From Minisyncoccia bacterium (GTDB lineage: Bacteria; Patescibacteriota; Minisyncoccia; Phycocordibacterales; PALSA-1337): 64,000 bases of DNA. The position numbers and the translations under genes were made by a program. Where the stretch lies: assembly GCA_049997795.1 (NCBI GenBank), contig JBEKVT010000002.1, forward strand, positions 129,664-193,663, written 5' to 3'. This document shows positions 61,484 through 64,000 of this stretch, piece after piece. Numbering within the stretch: the first letter of the stretch is position 1; the number at the start of each line of letters is the position of its first letter. The notes beneath the pieces were generated by a model. It saw nothing but the letters and a program-made list of their open reading frames with translations, ran no database searches and had not been told where the DNA came from.

Positions 61484-62155
61484 ATGATGCATAAAATACA
61501 GGAAAAACTGCTAATGCTCTCGAAAGAGAGGAACCTCGGCCAGCACTCGTTGCGCCAGATCGGCGAGATGGTAGGCGGAGCCTCCCCGCAGACTATAAAG
61601 CACCACCTCAATCAGCTTGAAAAGAAAGGGCTGATACGGGTGGACAAGGCAAAGGGCCTCGTTGAAAAGACCAAGCCCGGCTGGGCAGAGACATCGATGA
61701 AGAATGCCCGGCTCCTGGTCCTTCCGATACTCGGCGGCGCGAATGCTGGTCCGGCCGTCATAAATGCCGAAGAGAACATCGAGGGCTATCTGCGAGTATC
61801 GAACAGCATCGTCGGCAGGAAAAGCGGGGACGGGCTTTTCGCCCTTCGCGTAAGCGGCCCGTCCATGAACAAGGCCTCGTTCGATGGAAAGACGATCGAG
61901 GACGGCGACTACATCATCGTAGACGGCAAGGATCGTTCGCCGCGCGACGGAGATATCGTTCTTTCCGTAATAGACCGTATGGCGAATGTGAAGCGTTTCC
62001 ATTTCGACAAGGACAGCGGGCAAATCGCCCTTGTGTCGGAATCGACGCAGAACTTCCCCCCGATCTACATGCATCAGAGCGACGACTACATGATCAACGG
62101 CAAGGTCGTGCAGGTCATTAAAAAGCCGAAAACTAACTCTCAACCCTCGTCATGA
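61484..62155 (+). CDS. lexA: LexA-like repressor (N-terminal wHTH plus C-terminal S24 autopeptidase)
   Basis: Collinear with LexA. wHTH 'LRQIGEMVGGASPQTIKHHLNQLEKKGLI'. Cleavage region 'LPILGGANAGP'. 'LRVSGPSMNK' holds the catalytic Ser and 'VKRF' the Lys. A promoter-like TTGCAC-17-TATCAT and the palindrome ATCATAcgacTATGAT lie upstream. Confidence 0.8.
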   Translation: MMHKIQEKLLMLSKERNLGQHSLRQIGEMVGGASPQTIKHHLNQLEKKGLIRVDKAKGLVEKTKPGWAETSMKNARLLVLPILGGANAGPAVINAEENIEGYLRVSNSIVGRKSGDGLFALRVSGPSMNKASFDGKTIEDGDYIIVDGKDRSPRDGDIVLSVIDRMANVKRFHFDKDSGQIALVSESTQNFPPIYMHQSDDYMINGKVVQVIKKPKTNSQPSS

Positions 62156-62658
62156 TTTCAATATATTCAGCGCTCGGAACGATCTCGACCTTCGACGGCG
62201 TCGTTCATGTAATCATCGGACTCATCGTCGCTTCCGCATTTCTAGCCGCATTTTCTGTTTTTTTCTTCAAAAAAGAGATCCGGCTATTCCTGAATCGCCG
62301 ACGGCCGATAAAGATATTCATGGCTGATGGCGTGAATATGGGAGCGGAGGTGGAAATGCTTCGTAAAAGCAAGCTATTCAAAATAGAGGAACCGACGACC
62401 GACCATAGGCAATGCGACGGCATTGGAAACCACAGCCTTATTATCATCGGCTATAAACGCCAGATGGCCGGACTCTCCGATATCGTCAACGCCGCGCGCA
62501 CAGCAAAGATTCCGGTAATCGTTTACGCAAAGGAACAGCTCGAGGAAACCGATAAGAGCCTCTTGAACAGCTATTCCTGGCATTCAGTCTGCAATTTCCC
62601 TCTCAAGCTCATGAATGACGTGTTTACCATATTATCAACGTTCCCTAAAATGAAATAA
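62152..62658 (+). CDS. Single-TM protein with a Rossmann/CheY-like (possibly SLOG/TIR-like) cytoplasmic domain
   Basis: Its ATGA overlaps the lexA-like stop. N-terminal TM, then alternating beta/alpha elements 'IKIFMADG...SLIIIGY...IPVIVYAKE'. Confidence 0.45.
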   Translation: MISIYSALGTISTFDGVVHVIIGLIVASAFLAAFSVFFFKKEIRLFLNRRRPIKIFMADGVNMGAEVEMLRKSKLFKIEEPTTDHRQCDGIGNHSLIIIGYKRQMAGLSDIVNAARTAKIPVIVYAKEQLEETDKSLLNSYSWHSVCNFPLKLMNDVFTILSTFPKMK

Positions 62659-62661
62659 GCC

Positions 62662-63669
62662 ATGACAACATCAGAATATTTCGAGAAGCTCCTAGACCGA
62701 GTCAATCTGAAGATCGACGATGACGAACGCAAAATGATAGAAGAAAAACATAACGGCTTTCGTGAGATGTTGCTCGCCAAGCTGCCCTTGAAGGACGATT
62801 TTCTTACAGGCTCATATCGCAGACATACGATTATCAAGCCCAGAAAAGACGGAGACAAATTCGACGTCGATGTTTTCGTGGCTTTTGATAAAGAGGATTA
62901 TGGCGAGAAAGAGCTCGCTGAACTGCGAGGCGAGGTAGCCGAGGCCTTGAACGCTATCAAGGATGAAAATCCTGAGCTTGGCATCACGAATGTAAACGAT
63001 AGCCAACGGCGATCTGTGTGCGTCGAATTCGGCAACAACTTCCGAATAGATGTCGTGCCCTCGATCGAGATCGAAAAGGACAAGCTCTACAAGATATTCG
63101 ATCGACGGACTCTCAAAGCAATCAAATCAAACCCAAAATTGCACGCGGCTCTTTTGAGCGAAGCGAATGAGAAGACCGGCGGCAGGCTTGTGCCCGTCAT
63201 CAAAATCCTGAAAGGATGGAAGCGCGTCAAGTGCGATTATGTTAAGTCCTTTCACATCGAGATGCTGGCATTGGACATATTGGGCAACGCTGAAATATCG
63301 TCATATGCCGAAGGGGTCGCCAAATTCTTTTCCGATGCCGGATCAAAGCTTCAGAAGGCTTCCCTGGCAGACCCAGCCAACAAGGAACACTATATCGACG
63401 CATATCTGGACGATGACGGGAATCGTCAACGGCTTCTTGGCATTATCGCGACCGAGGATGACGCTGCGTGTCGAGCGCTCGATGCCGAGAAAAGGGAAAA
63501 CGGAGATCCGGTCAAAGAGTGGGAATCTATATTTGAAAACGCTGATACGGATATCGCCAAAGCCATAGAGAGCGGCAGCTTTGCCATGGGTATCGGAGGC
63601 ATCCGGGTGGGCGGAACAACAAGCCATGGCAGATCAATCAAATCACCAAATTCCTGGAGAGCCGACTAA
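62662..63669 (+). CDS. Minimal nucleotidyltransferase of the SMODS / cGAS-DncV-like (CD-NTase) type
   Basis: 'GSYRRHTIIKPRKDGDKFDVDVFVAF' (GS...[DE]hD NTase core) and a downstream 'FRIDVVPS' third acidic residue. A helical C-terminal domain. It starts 3 nt after the preceding gene. Confidence 0.55.
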   Translation: MTTSEYFEKLLDRVNLKIDDDERKMIEEKHNGFREMLLAKLPLKDDFLTGSYRRHTIIKPRKDGDKFDVDVFVAFDKEDYGEKELAELRGEVAEALNAIKDENPELGITNVNDSQRRSVCVEFGNNFRIDVVPSIEIEKDKLYKIFDRRTLKAIKSNPKLHAALLSEANEKTGGRLVPVIKILKGWKRVKCDYVKSFHIEMLALDILGNAEISSYAEGVAKFFSDAGSKLQKASLADPANKEHYIDAYLDDDGNRQRLLGIIATEDDAACRALDAEKRENGDPVKEWESIFENADTDIAKAIESGSFAMGIGGIRVGGTTSHGRSIKSPNSWRAD

Positions 63670-64000
63670 GCAATGGCATGAACTGCTTCCGGAACGGTTC
63701 AAAGAGGAAGCCCTGCTGATGCAGGAGGACTTTCCTGATTTTGCCATTCATAATGAGCCAGGAAAAAATGTTTATTGGACTGGAGAAGCGAAAGCGCTTC
63801 GCCCTGACGGTTCGACTCTGAAATCTCTTCACATAAAGATCGAGTGCGCTCCGAATTATCCCAAAATATTTCCGCGAGTATCTGACACGGCCGGCGTACT
63901 TAACCTTAAAACATGCCCGCATCTTTCCAAATTTGACGGAGACAAATTCGCCTTTTGTTATGGCAATCGTTTGGATGCGCAACTCGATTTTGAAGGAAAC
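63626..64000 (+). CDS. Ubiquitin-conjugating E2-like (UBC-fold) protein, cut off by the window end; possibly the N-terminus of a Cap2-like E2(-E1)
   Basis: A complete ORF-track entry is absent because the gene runs off the window. My translation 'VYWTGEAK..DGSTLKSLHIKIECAPNYPKIFPRVSD...CPHLSKFDGDKFAFCYG' matches the UBC pattern (YP..PP.v.F ... HPN ... G.iC). It overlaps the NTase 3' end by 44 nt in another frame. Confidence 0.45.
   Translation, partial: MADQSNHQIPGEPTKQWHELLPERFKEEALLMQEDFPDFAIHNEPGKNVYWTGEAKALRPDGSTLKSLHIKIECAPNYPKIFPRVSDTAGVLNLKTCPHLSKFDGDKFAFCYGNRLDAQLDFEGN

Overview
This is a 64 kb window of a high-GC (~62-65%) bacterial chromosome, followed by a low-GC accessory island at the 3' end. 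The core part (roughly 1-56,380) is densely packed, on both strands, with housekeeping genes. These include aminoacyl-tRNA synthetases (valS, proS, thrS), cell-shape genes (mreB x2, mreC, murA, murJ), replication genes (dnaE, priA-like, holB, rnhB), translation genes (def-fmt, frr, hpf, prfA, rpmE, lepA), eno, tsaD, rseP, a likely class II ribonucleotide reductase, two sensor histidine kinases and an MFS transporter. I found six tRNAs that the ORF track does not list: Asn-GTT, Leu-TAA, Met-CAT, Phe-GAA, Arg-CCT and Gly-CCC. I also found a bacterial type-A RNase P RNA lying antisense to several spurious ORFs. Several of the enzymes are short. Together with the many secreted Cys-rich or tandem-repeat proteins, a degenerate PriA and a TraT lipoprotein, this points to a reduced-genome, possibly CPR/Patescibacteria-like, organism; that is an inference. 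From about 56,380 to the window end the GC content drops to roughly 35-52% and the gene content changes. There is a two-gene low-GC module (a 2TM peptide plus an unknown protein). A 460-bp hairpin-rich non-coding stretch follows. After that come a class I SAM methyltransferase and a Type II restriction-modification pair (a PD-(D/E)xK nuclease next to a C5-cytosine methyltransferase). The last element, and the most interesting one, is a tightly coupled operon encoding a LexA-like HTH+S24 repressor, a 1TM Rossmann-like protein, a minimal SMODS/CD-NTase-like nucleotidyltransferase and a ubiquitin-E2-like protein that is cut off by the window end. This looks like a CBASS-type II-like signalling defence cassette under SOS-type control. 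All calls rest on reading the sequence and motifs; no database searches were run.
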